Shown here piece after piece: positions 1 through 9,771 of a stretch of 43,054 nt of DNA; position 1 is the stretch's first letter, and each line of letters starts with the position of its first letter. The position numbers were made by a program, and so were the translations under genes. Source of the stretch: an uncultured Opitutales bacterium (GTDB lineage Bacteria > Verrucomicrobiota > Verrucomicrobiia > Opitutales > UBA9783); assembly GCA_944389435.1 (NCBI GenBank), contig CALXMI010000016.1, forward strand, positions 1 to 43,054, written 5' to 3'. The notes under the pieces are model-generated. The model saw only the letters and a list, made by a program, of their open reading frames with translations. It made no database searches and was not told where the DNA came from.

Positions 1-1
1 G

Positions 2-475
2 CTCTACAAAGATTTCAAGATCAACGAAATACTAGACCATGTGGATACGTTCTTTAAAGGTTATCGTGGATATTATTTAGTAAATAATGAACTCCCTCCA
101 GATTCAGGCACAGGAGAAGTAAAAACCGTCATGGTCCCTTATTTACCCGCTCATTTTTTCTCTCTCCCCCCTTCAGGCGAGTATTCTTCGGAATCCTCTT
201 GTCGTTTAAGGGTCAATGTGTACCCTAACGGAGAGTTTGATCACGATAATTGGTTATCTCTAACATCTGGAGTCGCCTATCCATTCCGTGTTTTTATAGG
301 ATTCTATAAACTTGACGCTAACAATCGAGCCATGTATGAGAAAAAACTAAAGGCAATATATCCTTTTACCCATGTGTACAATTACTCCAAATGGCTATAC
401 GTTGAATTTTCTGAATTCTCTGTTAACAGCGTACAAACCGAATCCAACACCACCGGCCGCAATCGGTACTATTAA
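2..475 (+). CDS. Hypothetical protein; 3' part of a CDS that is open to the left window edge
   Basis: The frame of ORF 41..475 has no stop back to nt 2. It ends with TAA at 473-475. No motif recognised. Confidence 0.4.
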   Translation, partial: LYKDFKINEILDHVDTFFKGYRGYYLVNNELPPDSGTGEVKTVMVPYLPAHFFSLPPSGEYSSESSCRLRVNVYPNGEFDHDNWLSLTSGVAYPFRVFIGFYKLDANNRAMYEKKLKAIYPFTHVYNYSKWLYVEFSEFSVNSVQTESNTTGRNRYY

Positions 476-601
476 AACCTCCTCCATTAAACAGCCAACA
501 ACTGTTTTCCCCTTGTCTGCTTTATCATTTTGCAAAAAACTCTAAAAAAGCATTGCCCTAAGTAATAAAAGGGCTTTAAATGGAAGACTCTTCTACAAAT
601 T

Positions 602-1987
602 ATGCCGGATTTAATACAAGAGCACCCGATTGCGCAGCAGTTGGACCAATATACCTTCGAGGACTTGGACCAACACTTGGAGACGCATTTTGCGAATCTG
701 GATCCGGCAAAATTAGCCAGAACTTCACCACACGAAATCGGTCTGTTCTTGGAGCGTTTAACCGTTGATGAACGGCGGACTTTTTTGAAGCGGTTGTCTG
801 AAGAAAGCGCATCGGATATTTTGGCTGAAATGAACGCTGAAGATTCTGCTGAAGTATTAAGCGCCATGCGTGAATTTCGCGCAGCAAGAATCATCGAGCT
901 TTTGGATGCTGACGATGCGGCGGATTTGATTAGCAAGCTGGAAGAGCCGGACAAGGTTCGATTGTTGGCCCGCATTAACCCGGAACTGGCCTTTACCTTA
1001 CGTAAACTGCTTCGTTACGATCCAAATACGGCCGGCGGTGTCATGAACCCGGAAGTGGCAACTTTACAGACCCGTTGGACGATAAACACGGCCCTGGATC
1101 ATTTGCGAAAAGATCCTCAGAAAGTAGAAAATTTGTACAACTTGTATGCTTTGGATGAAAAAAATAGGCTGGCGGGCGTTGTTCCGCTGAAAACACTTAT
1201 TTTTGCCGATCCGAACATGCGCGTAGGCGATATCATGGACCCAAAGGTGCAATCTATTGCATGCCTACCGGAAGTTGACAAGGTCTCGGTTGCTAACACG
1301 ATGGCCGAGTATAATTTGGTTGATCTGCCCGTCATTGACGAAAAAGGGCGCCTCTTGGGTGTTGTCACCCACGACGATGTCCTCGATATCGTTCAGGAAG
1401 CCGCTACGGCCGACTTACAGCAATTGCACGGTGCGGGTGCTGACGAAAGTGTTCACGATACCGTTTGGTATAGCTTGAAGAAAAGAAATCCTTGGCTCAT
1501 TATCAATTTGGTAATGGCCTTTTTTTCTGCCTATGTCATTTCAAAATTTGGCTATGCGATTGAACGCATCAGCTGGATGGCCGCCTTTATGACGGTCATT
1601 GCCAATCTGGGTGGTAACACCGGCGCACAAACCCTGGCTGTCGCCATTCGAGGGCTTGCATTAGGCGAATTTCAAAAGGGTGATGGCATCTTTATTTGCT
1701 GCAAAGAACTTCTTAAGGGCCTACTCAACGGCATTTTTATCGGTTTTATAGGCGGGTGCATTGCCGTCTACATGATGCATGACGTACTTATGGGCGTCAC
1801 GGTCTTTCTTTCAATGGCGCTTACCATGCTGCTTTCAGGTCTTGTCGCAGCGGTTATCCCTATCATATTAAAGCATTTCAAGTTTGATCCGGCACAAAGC
1901 TCTTACATCTTCTTAACGGCCTTTACAGACATTGCCGGCCTATTCATTTTCCTAAAACTAGGAAGCTGTTTTTTTTTTTTCTTTTGA
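602..1987 (+). CDS. mgtE: Magnesium transporter MgtE
   Basis: 461 aa. Acidic helical N-domain, tandem CBS-like segments (VVPLKTLIFADPN..., DLPVIDEKGRLLGVVTHDDVLDIV) and a C-terminal TM domain with NLGGNTGAQ. Confidence 0.9.
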   Translation: MPDLIQEHPIAQQLDQYTFEDLDQHLETHFANLDPAKLARTSPHEIGLFLERLTVDERRTFLKRLSEESASDILAEMNAEDSAEVLSAMREFRAARIIELLDADDAADLISKLEEPDKVRLLARINPELAFTLRKLLRYDPNTAGGVMNPEVATLQTRWTINTALDHLRKDPQKVENLYNLYALDEKNRLAGVVPLKTLIFADPNMRVGDIMDPKVQSIACLPEVDKVSVANTMAEYNLVDLPVIDEKGRLLGVVTHDDVLDIVQEAATADLQQLHGAGADESVHDTVWYSLKKRNPWLIINLVMAFFSAYVISKFGYAIERISWMAAFMTVIANLGGNTGAQTLAVAIRGLALGEFQKGDGIFICCKELLKGLLNGIFIGFIGGCIAVYMMHDVLMGVTVFLSMALTMLLSGLVAAVIPIILKHFKFDPAQSSYIFLTAFTDIAGLFIFLKLGSCFFFFF

Positions 1988-2991
1988 ACGATTCCAAGCC
2001 TTACGACACTATACAAACTCTGAAACAACGTGCAAACGGTGAAGCTTTTACAGTCATCGCAGCCGTTCGAAAAATTGTTAAAAAAACAAGCAAAACCGGC
2101 AATCCTTTTCTGCAAGTGGAGGTTGGCGATGCGTCCGACACCTTCGTATTCAATTGCTTTGAAGGTAACACATCCTACATGTTTTTTCAGACACCTGCTG
2201 AAAAAACCCCGCAAATTGTAAAAATTTACGGCTTTGTTGATTTTTATGCAGAAAAACTAAGTCCTAACGTAAAGACCATCCAAAATGTCGATAAGGTCGA
2301 TTACGACACTTACCTTGGCAAAGTAATTGAAAAGCCTGACGAGCCGGTTGATGATCTAAAGAAAGATCTGGACGCCTTGGTTAAACAAATTACGTATCCA
2401 GCCCTACAGGCCACTGTTTTGCAGGTCTTTAAGGACTTGGGGTCCGGCTTTTACGAAAGTGTTGCAGCCATCTCAATGCATCATGCTTACGTTCATGGCC
2501 TTCTAGAACATACCGTACATGTTGGTAAAGTCGTACAAAAACTATTGCCTTTGTACGCCGACGTAAACGCCGACATAGCCCTTGCAGGGGCCTTATTACA
2601 CGACGTTGGCAAAGTTTTAGAGTACAGCTACCACTTTGGCGAAGGCATAGACAGAACGTGCGTAGGACGTCTTCAAGGACATGTCGTGTTGGGCTATCGC
2701 CTTGTTCGTAGAGCGGGCCTTCAGCAAAAATTGCATCCGACTTGGCAAGAACGCTTAGAGCACATCGTCTTATCGCATCAAGGCGAACCGGAATGGGGTG
2801 CAGCCGTTTACCCATCAACGCCCGAAGCTGTCCTCGTGGGTTTAGCTGACAATCTGGATGCTAAAATGGCCATGGTGCATCATCAACTTAAGAAGGCCGT
2901 AAACACCCAACCTTTTTCCGATTTTGTAGCGGGCTTAGACACAAAAATCTTAACGCAACCGCTCCCAGATCCTGAAGAGCTGAGTCTGTAA
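1984..2991 (+). CDS. OB-fold plus HD-domain phosphohydrolase (YhaM-like 3'-5' exoribonuclease family)
   Basis: 335 aa. N-terminal OB-like segment (FTVIAAVRKIVKKTSKTGNPFLQVEVGD) and HD motifs (HHAYVHGLLEHTVHV, LLHDVGK). The TTG start overlaps the mgtE stop. Confidence 0.65.
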   Translation: MNDSKPYDTIQTLKQRANGEAFTVIAAVRKIVKKTSKTGNPFLQVEVGDASDTFVFNCFEGNTSYMFFQTPAEKTPQIVKIYGFVDFYAEKLSPNVKTIQNVDKVDYDTYLGKVIEKPDEPVDDLKKDLDALVKQITYPALQATVLQVFKDLGSGFYESVAAISMHHAYVHGLLEHTVHVGKVVQKLLPLYADVNADIALAGALLHDVGKVLEYSYHFGEGIDRTCVGRLQGHVVLGYRLVRRAGLQQKLHPTWQERLEHIVLSHQGEPEWGAAVYPSTPEAVLVGLADNLDAKMAMVHHQLKKAVNTQPFSDFVAGLDTKILTQPLPDPEELSL

Positions 2992-2996
2992 TCCAC

Positions 2997-5003
2997 ATGA
3001 ACCTTAGTACGATTAACCCCAAAGTCCGTAACCGTCTACGTGTGCTTTTGGCCGAAATTGAACGCCATAATCGTCTCTATTATCAGCAGAATACACCAGA
3101 GATTTCCGACTTTGAATACGATTGCCTGCAAGCTGAATTGCAAGCCATTTACAAAAATTTTCCAGAGTTGGCTCAATTGACTGGCCCTGGCAGTGATCTA
3201 ACCAACGGACCTTTTGCAAAAGTGGCTCATTTATCGCCTATGTTGAGCTTAGCCAACACCTATTCTTTGGAAGAACTGCAAGCGTTTGACAAAAACTTGA
3301 CGGCAAAAATAGGGCCATCGCATACTTTTATCTTGGAACCCAAAGTAGATGGAATGGCCATCAACTTGTGGTATGAATCGGGCGTGTTGGTAAGAGCCTT
3401 GACGCGAGGGGATGGCAAAAAAGGTGAAGACGTCACCGCCAACATTAAAACCATAGGGTCCATTCCACAACAGCTTTCTGGAGACGTTCCCGAACGCTTA
3501 GAAGTTCGAGGCGAGGTATACATTACGTTGGAAGACTTTACCGCCATCAACAAAGAACAGGAACAGTTGGGACAGGAACCTTTTGCCAACGCTCGTAATC
3601 TAGCTTCTGGCAGTGTCAAACTTCTGGATGTTGATGAGGTACGGCGGCGGCGGCTCAGCTTCGTGGCTCATGGAATTGGTTACTTTAAGGGCTCTTTGGA
3701 CACACAGGAGCAATGTCGTCTGTGGCTCAAAGACAAGGGTTTTCCGGTTTTCCCATCCATCGACAAAGCGAATTCTATCCAAGAAGCTTGGGCCTTTATC
3801 CAAAATTTTTGGGAAAAAGCTAAGAGCTTACCTTATGGAACCGACGGTGTTGTTTTGAAGCTAAACGACCGAACCTTTCAGCAAGAACTCGGCGCTACGG
3901 CTAAATTTCCGAGGTGGGCCATTGCCTACAAATTTGAGCCTGAAGCAGCCGAAACACGCCTGCGAACGGTTACATTTCAATTGGGACGAACGGGCATCGT
4001 TACGCCTGTGGCCGAACTTGAACCGGTGTTGTTAGCCGGCTCACGCGTTTCTCGAGCCACCTTGCATAATTTTGACGAAATAAAGCGCAAGGACATCCGT
4101 ATTGGCGATTGGGTTGTTTTGCAAAAAGCTGGAGAAGTCATTCCCATCATTACAGCCGTTAACAAAGCCAAACGCCCTGTAGATGCCCAACCGATCGTTC
4201 CACCCACATGCTGCCCTTCTTGCAAGGGTCCCCTGTCGCACGTAGAAGATCAAGTGGCCTTGCGATGCACGTCTCTTGACTGTCCTGAACAAATTCGCTT
4301 AAAGCTCGTACATTTTGCCTCCAAGGAGGCCATGGATATAAGAGGCATGGGACCAAAGGTTATGAATGTACTGTTCCAAAAAGGCTGGCTGCGTCACATG
4401 GACGACCTATTCAAGTTGCGCGAGCATCGTGCAGCTTGGATACAACTGGAAGGCTTTGGCCCTGTCATCGTCGACCAATTATTGGCAGCAATTGAACGCG
4501 CCAAGCATCGACCCTTATGGAGGTTTATCAACGCTCTCGGCATCCCAGAAATCGGCGTAGAGTCTGCAAAAAACCTAGCCCAGCACTTCAAGTCGTGTGC
4601 AGCCATTTTTGAAGCCTCCTTGGAAGAATTACAAGCGGTGCCCTTGGTAGGCTTATGCGCCTCGCAATCCATACAGCTGTTTTATGCCAATACAGCCAAT
4701 CGAGCCATTCTACAAGCGTTAATGGATCAGGGCCTAGACCTTACCATCGATGCAGCAGCAGGCCCTTGGTTAGGAAAAATCTTCGTTTTAACCGGTACGT
4801 TGGCTCAGTATTCGCGCGATCAAGCCAAGCAGAAGATTGAAGCCCTTGGCGGAAAAGTTTCCTCAACCGTATCGGCCAAAACGTTTGCTGTTATTATGGG
4901 CAAAAATCCCGGCGATAAGCTTACCCAATCACAAAAATTGAACATCCCCATATGGGACGAAAACATGTTCCTTGAGCAGCTCAACGCATATGCGGAAAAT
5001 TGA
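2997..5003 (+). CDS. ligA: NAD-dependent DNA ligase LigA
   Basis: 668 aa. Adenylation motif EPKVDGMAI, Zn-finger cysteines (CPSC...C...C), HhH region and C-terminal BRCT (GKIFVLTGTL). Confidence 0.95.
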   Translation: MNLSTINPKVRNRLRVLLAEIERHNRLYYQQNTPEISDFEYDCLQAELQAIYKNFPELAQLTGPGSDLTNGPFAKVAHLSPMLSLANTYSLEELQAFDKNLTAKIGPSHTFILEPKVDGMAINLWYESGVLVRALTRGDGKKGEDVTANIKTIGSIPQQLSGDVPERLEVRGEVYITLEDFTAINKEQEQLGQEPFANARNLASGSVKLLDVDEVRRRRLSFVAHGIGYFKGSLDTQEQCRLWLKDKGFPVFPSIDKANSIQEAWAFIQNFWEKAKSLPYGTDGVVLKLNDRTFQQELGATAKFPRWAIAYKFEPEAAETRLRTVTFQLGRTGIVTPVAELEPVLLAGSRVSRATLHNFDEIKRKDIRIGDWVVLQKAGEVIPIITAVNKAKRPVDAQPIVPPTCCPSCKGPLSHVEDQVALRCTSLDCPEQIRLKLVHFASKEAMDIRGMGPKVMNVLFQKGWLRHMDDLFKLREHRAAWIQLEGFGPVIVDQLLAAIERAKHRPLWRFINALGIPEIGVESAKNLAQHFKSCAAIFEASLEELQAVPLVGLCASQSIQLFYANTANRAILQALMDQGLDLTIDAAAGPWLGKIFVLTGTLAQYSRDQAKQKIEALGGKVSSTVSAKTFAVIMGKNPGDKLTQSQKLNIPIWDENMFLEQLNAYAEN

Positions 5004-5214
5004 AATAAAAGTCATTGCGCGTGCTTCGCGTTGCGAAATCATCCTGTTGAAAGAAAATCTTTTTAAAGTCAAACTGACGCGTCCCGCTTTAGAAGGCAAA
5101 GCCAACGAGCAACTTTTAGAAATGCTTGCAGATTATTTTAAAACATCCAAAGCCTGCATACGTATCGTTTCTGGAGAACATTGCTCTCTAAAACGCCTAG
5201 AAATTGACGAATAG
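4990..5214 (+). CDS. yggU: DUF167/YggU-family small protein
   Basis: About 74 aa from the ATG at 4990 (the ORF track starts at 4972). The pattern IKVIARASRCEI...KVKLTRPALEGKANEQLLEMLADYF is typical of YggU. Confidence 0.65.
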   Translation: MRKIEIKVIARASRCEIILLKENLFKVKLTRPALEGKANEQLLEMLADYFKTSKACIRIVSGEHCSLKRLEIDE

Positions 5215-5521
5215 CGTCTGATAGCCTTGAGGGACACGAAGTCGTTTTGACGTTTCCCAAATTTTCTAAACAGTATCTGTTACTTCTTAAATTTTATTTA
5301 TCTTAGCCTGAATTCCATAGACAGTGCGTAGGGATAACCTCATATAGCTCGATTACTTGTTCCTTCTTATCGACCCATGCCTTCATCCTAAAAGCTTGCC
5401 ATTGCACTTGCTATAAAATTTTCACAAATTTTTAATTTTTATCTTTGGCGGACTTTTCCATAGATAAATACTAACAAAAACGCTCTTCAGCGAAAAATCA
5501 ACAGAGCCCATTTAACACACA

Positions 5522-5548
5522 TAGCCAACGTAGCCAACGCAACCAACG
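5522..5548. repeat. Three tandem 9-bp repeats: TAGCCAACG, TAGCCAACG, CAACCAACG
   Basis: Read directly. Lies 40 nt upstream of the first ORF of the phage-like cluster. Confidence 0.8.
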
Positions 5549-5588
5549 TAATCCTTGGTGGTTCGAAAAAGTGTGGTAAACTAGGCGC

Positions 5589-6032
5589 ATGAACGCAATT
5601 CCATCTGAACTTATTTCTTTGTTGGGTTCTTCCGTATTTGGCAGCACCATGCGTATGGCAAGCTTTTTGCTCATGGCCCGACATCGTGAAAAATTACTGA
5701 AACTAAGCAAAGCTCATTTTCAGGAAAAGTCCATCGCAACAGCACGTAATCATCCACGTTCCACATTGCATTGGACGCGCATGACCATTACGCTTTTGGC
5801 AGTATTTTCAATTGTTCTATTGCCGAAACTGATAGCGGTCTTGAAACCAGACATCCCTATTTCCATAGGCTACAATCAATTCAATAATGGCTTCCTGTTT
5901 TTTTCCTCTGCCTGTGAAAAAACACGCTGGATCGAACTCCGTGGATTGGTGATCACGCCGCTTGATACCCATCTGTTATCGGCCATCATCGGACTTTATT
6001 TCGGCAGTGCACTTGTAGACCTAAAACCATAA
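5589..6032 (+). CDS. Hypothetical membrane protein (2-3 predicted TM helices); first ORF of the phage-like cluster; holin-like is speculation
   Basis: 147 aa with hydrophobic segments (ITLLAVFSIVLLPKLIAVL, LLSAIIGLYFGSALV). Confidence 0.4.
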   Translation: MNAIPSELISLLGSSVFGSTMRMASFLLMARHREKLLKLSKAHFQEKSIATARNHPRSTLHWTRMTITLLAVFSIVLLPKLIAVLKPDIPISIGYNQFNNGFLFFSSACEKTRWIELRGLVITPLDTHLLSAIIGLYFGSALVDLKP

Positions 6033-6039
6033 AAACACT

Positions 6040-6315
6040 ATGAATCCATCTAACGAAATTATTCGAACCAATATCCTCATTCAACTGGAAGCGGCCTATC
6101 CGGTTTCACTGCCATCAGAGACCTTACAACAAGGCCTGCAGTTAGCCGGCCTGCCGACATCTTACCCAACACTGGTCAAGCAGTTGGAATACCTCGCAGA
6201 CAAGGGCTTTCTGTCGCTTTCAAGGAACGAACTTTATCCGCACCTGAAACGGTACAAATTATCCACAAAAGGCATTGATTTTTTAGACAATGAAAACGCA
6301 AGTCAACACTTTTAA
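6040..6315 (+). CDS. Small hypothetical protein, possibly a winged-helix DNA-binding fold
   Basis: 91 aa. Position just upstream of the terminase. The segment YPTLVKQLEYLADKGFLSL looks wHTH-like. Confidence 0.4.
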   Translation: MNPSNEIIRTNILIQLEAAYPVSLPSETLQQGLQLAGLPTSYPTLVKQLEYLADKGFLSLSRNELYPHLKRYKLSTKGIDFLDNENASQHF

Positions 6316-6619
6316 AGAGCACTTAAAGCGCATTAAAACCGCAAAAGACACCACAACGTTGTTGGAGCAAATGGGGCTTGCTGAAAAATCCATGAGCATC
6401 TTGTGGAACCAAATTTTTGATCTGCTTTGTTTCAATGACCCTGAAAACGACTTGAGGGGCATTAAGGAACTTGCAGGCGTACTCAATAAAATACTGACCA
6501 ATTATCGGCAATTGTTCACGATTACCCAGAAAGTCTGCGGCTCGAACCACAACGAAAAAGCTTGGGAAATTTCAGAAAGCATTTTCAGGGACATTGAGGA
6601 ACAATTGCAACTTTTATGA
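6290..6619 (+). CDS. Hypothetical protein; small terminase subunit candidate by position only
   Basis: 109 aa, helical. Its stop overlaps the large terminase start (ATGA). Confidence 0.35.
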   Translation: MKTQVNTFKEHLKRIKTAKDTTTLLEQMGLAEKSMSILWNQIFDLLCFNDPENDLRGIKELAGVLNKILTNYRQLFTITQKVCGSNHNEKAWEISESIFRDIEEQLQLL

Positions 6620-7935
6620 GCTTCTTTTTACCTTATCAAATTCGTTGGATTCAGGACAATTCTCGCATAAAAATTATGGAGAAATCGCGACAAATTGGCC
6701 TTTCGTGGGCAGCCGCTTATCGCACATTAAGAAATGCCACTTGCCAACCTTATTCCAATCATTGGATTTGTTCTCGTGATGCCAAGCAAGCTCAACTGTT
6801 TTTGGAAGACTGCAAGCGTTTCGCGCACATCCTAAATTTGCCCGTAAAGCAGAAACTGCTTTCAAAGAAACCAGAAAATCGATCCACCCTGACGCTTAAT
6901 AATAAAAGTCAATTAACAATTTTGTCGTCTAACATTAATGCGCAAGCTGGCAAGCGAGGCTCACGTATTTTGGACGAATTTGCCCTGCATGCGTCTCCCG
7001 AAGAACTCTACAACATTGCTTATCCAGGCATTACTTGGGGCGGCCAACTTGAGATTATTTCTACGCATCGTGGCGCCCATAACTTCTTCAATCAGCTCAT
7101 TGAAGAAGTACGCAATGGTCACAATCCCAAAAACATTTCGTTGCATCGGGTGACGCTAACGGATGCGCTTGAGCAAGGGTTTTTAGCAAAACTTAAGTCA
7201 AAATTGCCAGCCGACGACCCGCGTCAAGCGATGGACGAAGGCGATTATTACAACTTTATAAAAAATTCTTGCGCGACCGAAAAGAGCTTTTTGCAAGAAT
7301 ACATGTGCCAGCCTTACGATGACGACAATGCCTTCTTATCGTACGAATTGCTCGAATCTTGCTTCTATGAGAATACGGAGGAAAACCCTGTTCTAGGGCC
7401 TTGCTTTATGGGCGTAGATCTGGCTCGCACGCAAGATTTGAGCGCTTTCGTAGTTCTAGAAAAGCTCAATGGTATTTATTTTCTAAAAATCATCAAGTGT
7501 CTGAAGAACGCCCGCTTTGATGAACAAGAACTTTTATTTAAGCAGTTATTTTCTCAGTATCGTTGCCAAAAGGTCTGCATTGATCGAACCGGTATTGGCG
7601 GTCAATTTTTTGAACGCGCTCAAACCTTTTTCGGCACCTATTGTGTCGAAGGTATTTCGTTCACTGCCAAGACAAAAGAGCAAATGGCTTACAACTTGAA
7701 AGCCTCTTTTGAGCGTAAAACGATACGCATCCCTCGCGATGAACACCTTATTCAAGACCTGCTGAGCATTCGCCTCAACGAACAACAGCAATTTCAGGCC
7801 AACCACAACGCTTTAGGCCACGCAGATCGCTTCTGGGCCCTGGCGCTCGCTTTACACGCCGATCGACAAAGCTCAGTTGCGCCATTCGCAGCAGAATTTT
7901 TTAACATTAACCGACCCTCACTTTATGAAAACTAA
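6616..7935 (+). CDS. Phage terminase large subunit
   Basis: 439 aa. N-terminus LPYQIRWIQDNSRIKIMEKSRQIGLSWAAA (Terminase_6-like ATPase start) and a C-terminal nuclease-like region (CIDRTGIGG..., GHADRFWALALA). Confidence 0.85.
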   Translation: MSFFLPYQIRWIQDNSRIKIMEKSRQIGLSWAAAYRTLRNATCQPYSNHWICSRDAKQAQLFLEDCKRFAHILNLPVKQKLLSKKPENRSTLTLNNKSQLTILSSNINAQAGKRGSRILDEFALHASPEELYNIAYPGITWGGQLEIISTHRGAHNFFNQLIEEVRNGHNPKNISLHRVTLTDALEQGFLAKLKSKLPADDPRQAMDEGDYYNFIKNSCATEKSFLQEYMCQPYDDDNAFLSYELLESCFYENTEENPVLGPCFMGVDLARTQDLSAFVVLEKLNGIYFLKIIKCLKNARFDEQELLFKQLFSQYRCQKVCIDRTGIGGQFFERAQTFFGTYCVEGISFTAKTKEQMAYNLKASFERKTIRIPRDEHLIQDLLSIRLNEQQQFQANHNALGHADRFWALALALHADRQSSVAPFAAEFFNINRPSLYEN

Positions 7936-9133
7936 CCCTTATTTAACCTCCTTCCGTCAAGATAGTCTGTCTCGCATGAGTTGGAATCCCATTCGTGCGT
8001 TAACACCCACGTCTTTATCGAGAATTCTGGATGACTTTCATGCCGGAAAATTGAAGCAAGCTGCCCTTGTTTGGGAAGCTATCGAACGTCGCGATGACCT
8101 CCTCCAAGGTGTAATTTCCAAGCGTAAAAAATCCATTTCACGGTTACCTTGGGAAATTCTTACCTTGGATAATTCTGACGAAGCCTTGCACCACAAGCAT
8201 CTACTCGAGCAGTTTTACAACAACCTTAGGTGCGTAAACGCTTACGATGAAAATGAACGCGGCGGTCTGCCCTTGCTGATTCGTCAAATGATGGATGCGG
8301 TCGGTAAACGTTACGCTGTACACGAAATCGTATTTCAGCCATTCACGCAAAATACCCATAAGTATCTAACGGCCGAATTCCGTTTTGTTCCCCTGTTTTT
8401 CTTTGAGAATATCAAGGGACGCCTGCATTTTGTTGAAAAAAATGGCGACAAACGCATTCCTCTTCATAACGACGAATGGCTGATAACCACAGGCGATGGC
8501 CTCATGGAATCGTGCTCCATTGCCTATTTGTTTAAGCACCTGCCATTGCGCGATTGGCTGATTTACTGCGAACGAAATGGCATGCCGGGAGTTAAAGGTA
8601 TTACGCAAGCACGGCCAGGTTCGCCTGAATGGGAAATGGCACGCGAAGCGGTTCGAAATTTCGGCGCTGAATTTCATGCGCTTATGTCAGCCGGCACCGA
8701 CATCCAAGCCATTGACATCTCGGGCAAGGGCGAACTGCCGTATCCTAAGCTGGTCGAGCGTATGGATCGTGCCATGGCAGCATTATGGCGGGGCTCAGAC
8801 TTGACGACGTTAAGCCAAAAGGACAGCGTTGGCATTTCAGCTCAGCGAAGTGAGCGCGACCTTTTAGAGGAAGACGACGCTCAAATGATTTCGGATACGC
8901 TGAATGCTCAAGTCGACCGTTGCGTCTTGAAATATTTAGAAGGCACGGAACATCCAAAGGCTTACTTCCAGCTTAAGGCAGCGCCTAATAAGAACTTAAA
9001 CAATGATCTCAACATCGTAAAAACATTATGGGATATGGGTATTGAACTGAGTTTGAACGATATCCGTGAACATTTTGGAATCAATCCGCCCTGTAACTCA
9101 GAAGATTCTCTCAAAAAATTTACAAAGCAGTGA
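7925..9133 (+). CDS. Phage portal protein, DUF935 / Mu gp29-like
   Basis: About 402 aa from the ATG at 7925 (the track ORF starts at 7877). The DUF935-like motif RDWLIYCERNGMPGVKG is present. Follows the terminase directly. Confidence 0.75.
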   Translation: MKTNPYLTSFRQDSLSRMSWNPIRALTPTSLSRILDDFHAGKLKQAALVWEAIERRDDLLQGVISKRKKSISRLPWEILTLDNSDEALHHKHLLEQFYNNLRCVNAYDENERGGLPLLIRQMMDAVGKRYAVHEIVFQPFTQNTHKYLTAEFRFVPLFFFENIKGRLHFVEKNGDKRIPLHNDEWLITTGDGLMESCSIAYLFKHLPLRDWLIYCERNGMPGVKGITQARPGSPEWEMAREAVRNFGAEFHALMSAGTDIQAIDISGKGELPYPKLVERMDRAMAALWRGSDLTTLSQKDSVGISAQRSERDLLEEDDAQMISDTLNAQVDRCVLKYLEGTEHPKAYFQLKAAPNKNLNNDLNIVKTLWDMGIELSLNDIREHFGINPPCNSEDSLKKFTKQ

Positions 9134-9762
9134 CGACTGCCATAAAACACTTAACACAAAAAACTCACAAAACAATGAAAACTTGGAACCAATTATCACC
9201 TTACGGCATGTTTGACCATTCTTTGGGCAAGCAATACATCTGTCTTGAAAACGCAAACGTATGCATCAAGAAAACCAAAAACTGGCTGTTCCGGCTAAAA
9301 TTAAAACGTATACCTGTCTACATCGGACATCCGGACGACCCGTATTTTCAAGACTCGTACAAACATTTAAACGATCATGTTTACGGTTACGTAGCTGACT
9401 TAAAGGCTGATGGGAATGGCCTTTGGGCACGCATTCACTGGACTCCGCAAGGCCTTGAGCTCATCAACAACCGCCATTATACCCACTTATCCCCTCGCTG
9501 GGAAATGAAAAAAGATCCGCTTACACAGCTACATCACCCGGTTCGACTGATTTCAGTCGGACTTACCGAGCAGCCGAATTTACCGGTTCAAGCGCTTTGT
9601 ACGCCTCCACCTCCTCATCCAGGAGTAAATTTGCAAGATCGGGCTGACAAAATTGCAATCTTGCGGTTTACCCAAAAGGTCCAACAACGCATGGAGGCTA
9701 CAGGTGAAAGTTATCCGGAAGCTTGGCATAAAATTTACCAACAACATTCGCTTTCTTGTTAA
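9130..9762 (+). CDS. Mu gpI-like head maturation protease/scaffold (Mu-like_Pro family)
   Basis: 210 aa (GTG 9130 coupled to the portal stop; alternative ATG at 9175). WNQLSPYGMFDH...IPVYIGHPDD resembles Mu-like prophage protein I. Sits between portal and capsid. Confidence 0.55.
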   Translation: MTTAIKHLTQKTHKTMKTWNQLSPYGMFDHSLGKQYICLENANVCIKKTKNWLFRLKLKRIPVYIGHPDDPYFQDSYKHLNDHVYGYVADLKADGNGLWARIHWTPQGLELINNRHYTHLSPRWEMKKDPLTQLHHPVRLISVGLTEQPNLPVQALCTPPPPHPGVNLQDRADKIAILRFTQKVQQRMEATGESYPEAWHKIYQQHSLSC

Positions 9763-9771
9763 AATTTTCTT

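Noticed and set aside
476-601. Possible M-box (Mg2+) riboswitch upstream of mgtE.
   Set aside because: The leader is only about 125 nt, and I cannot find the conserved M-box helices or motifs. There is only a weak hairpin, GCCCT...AGGGC (555-574).
487-975. 162-aa minus-strand ORF, plus other 60-100-aa ORFs overlapping the mgtE 5' region.
   Set aside because: They are antisense or out of frame relative to a confidently identified mgtE, and their composition is S/A/R-rich and typical of non-coding frames.
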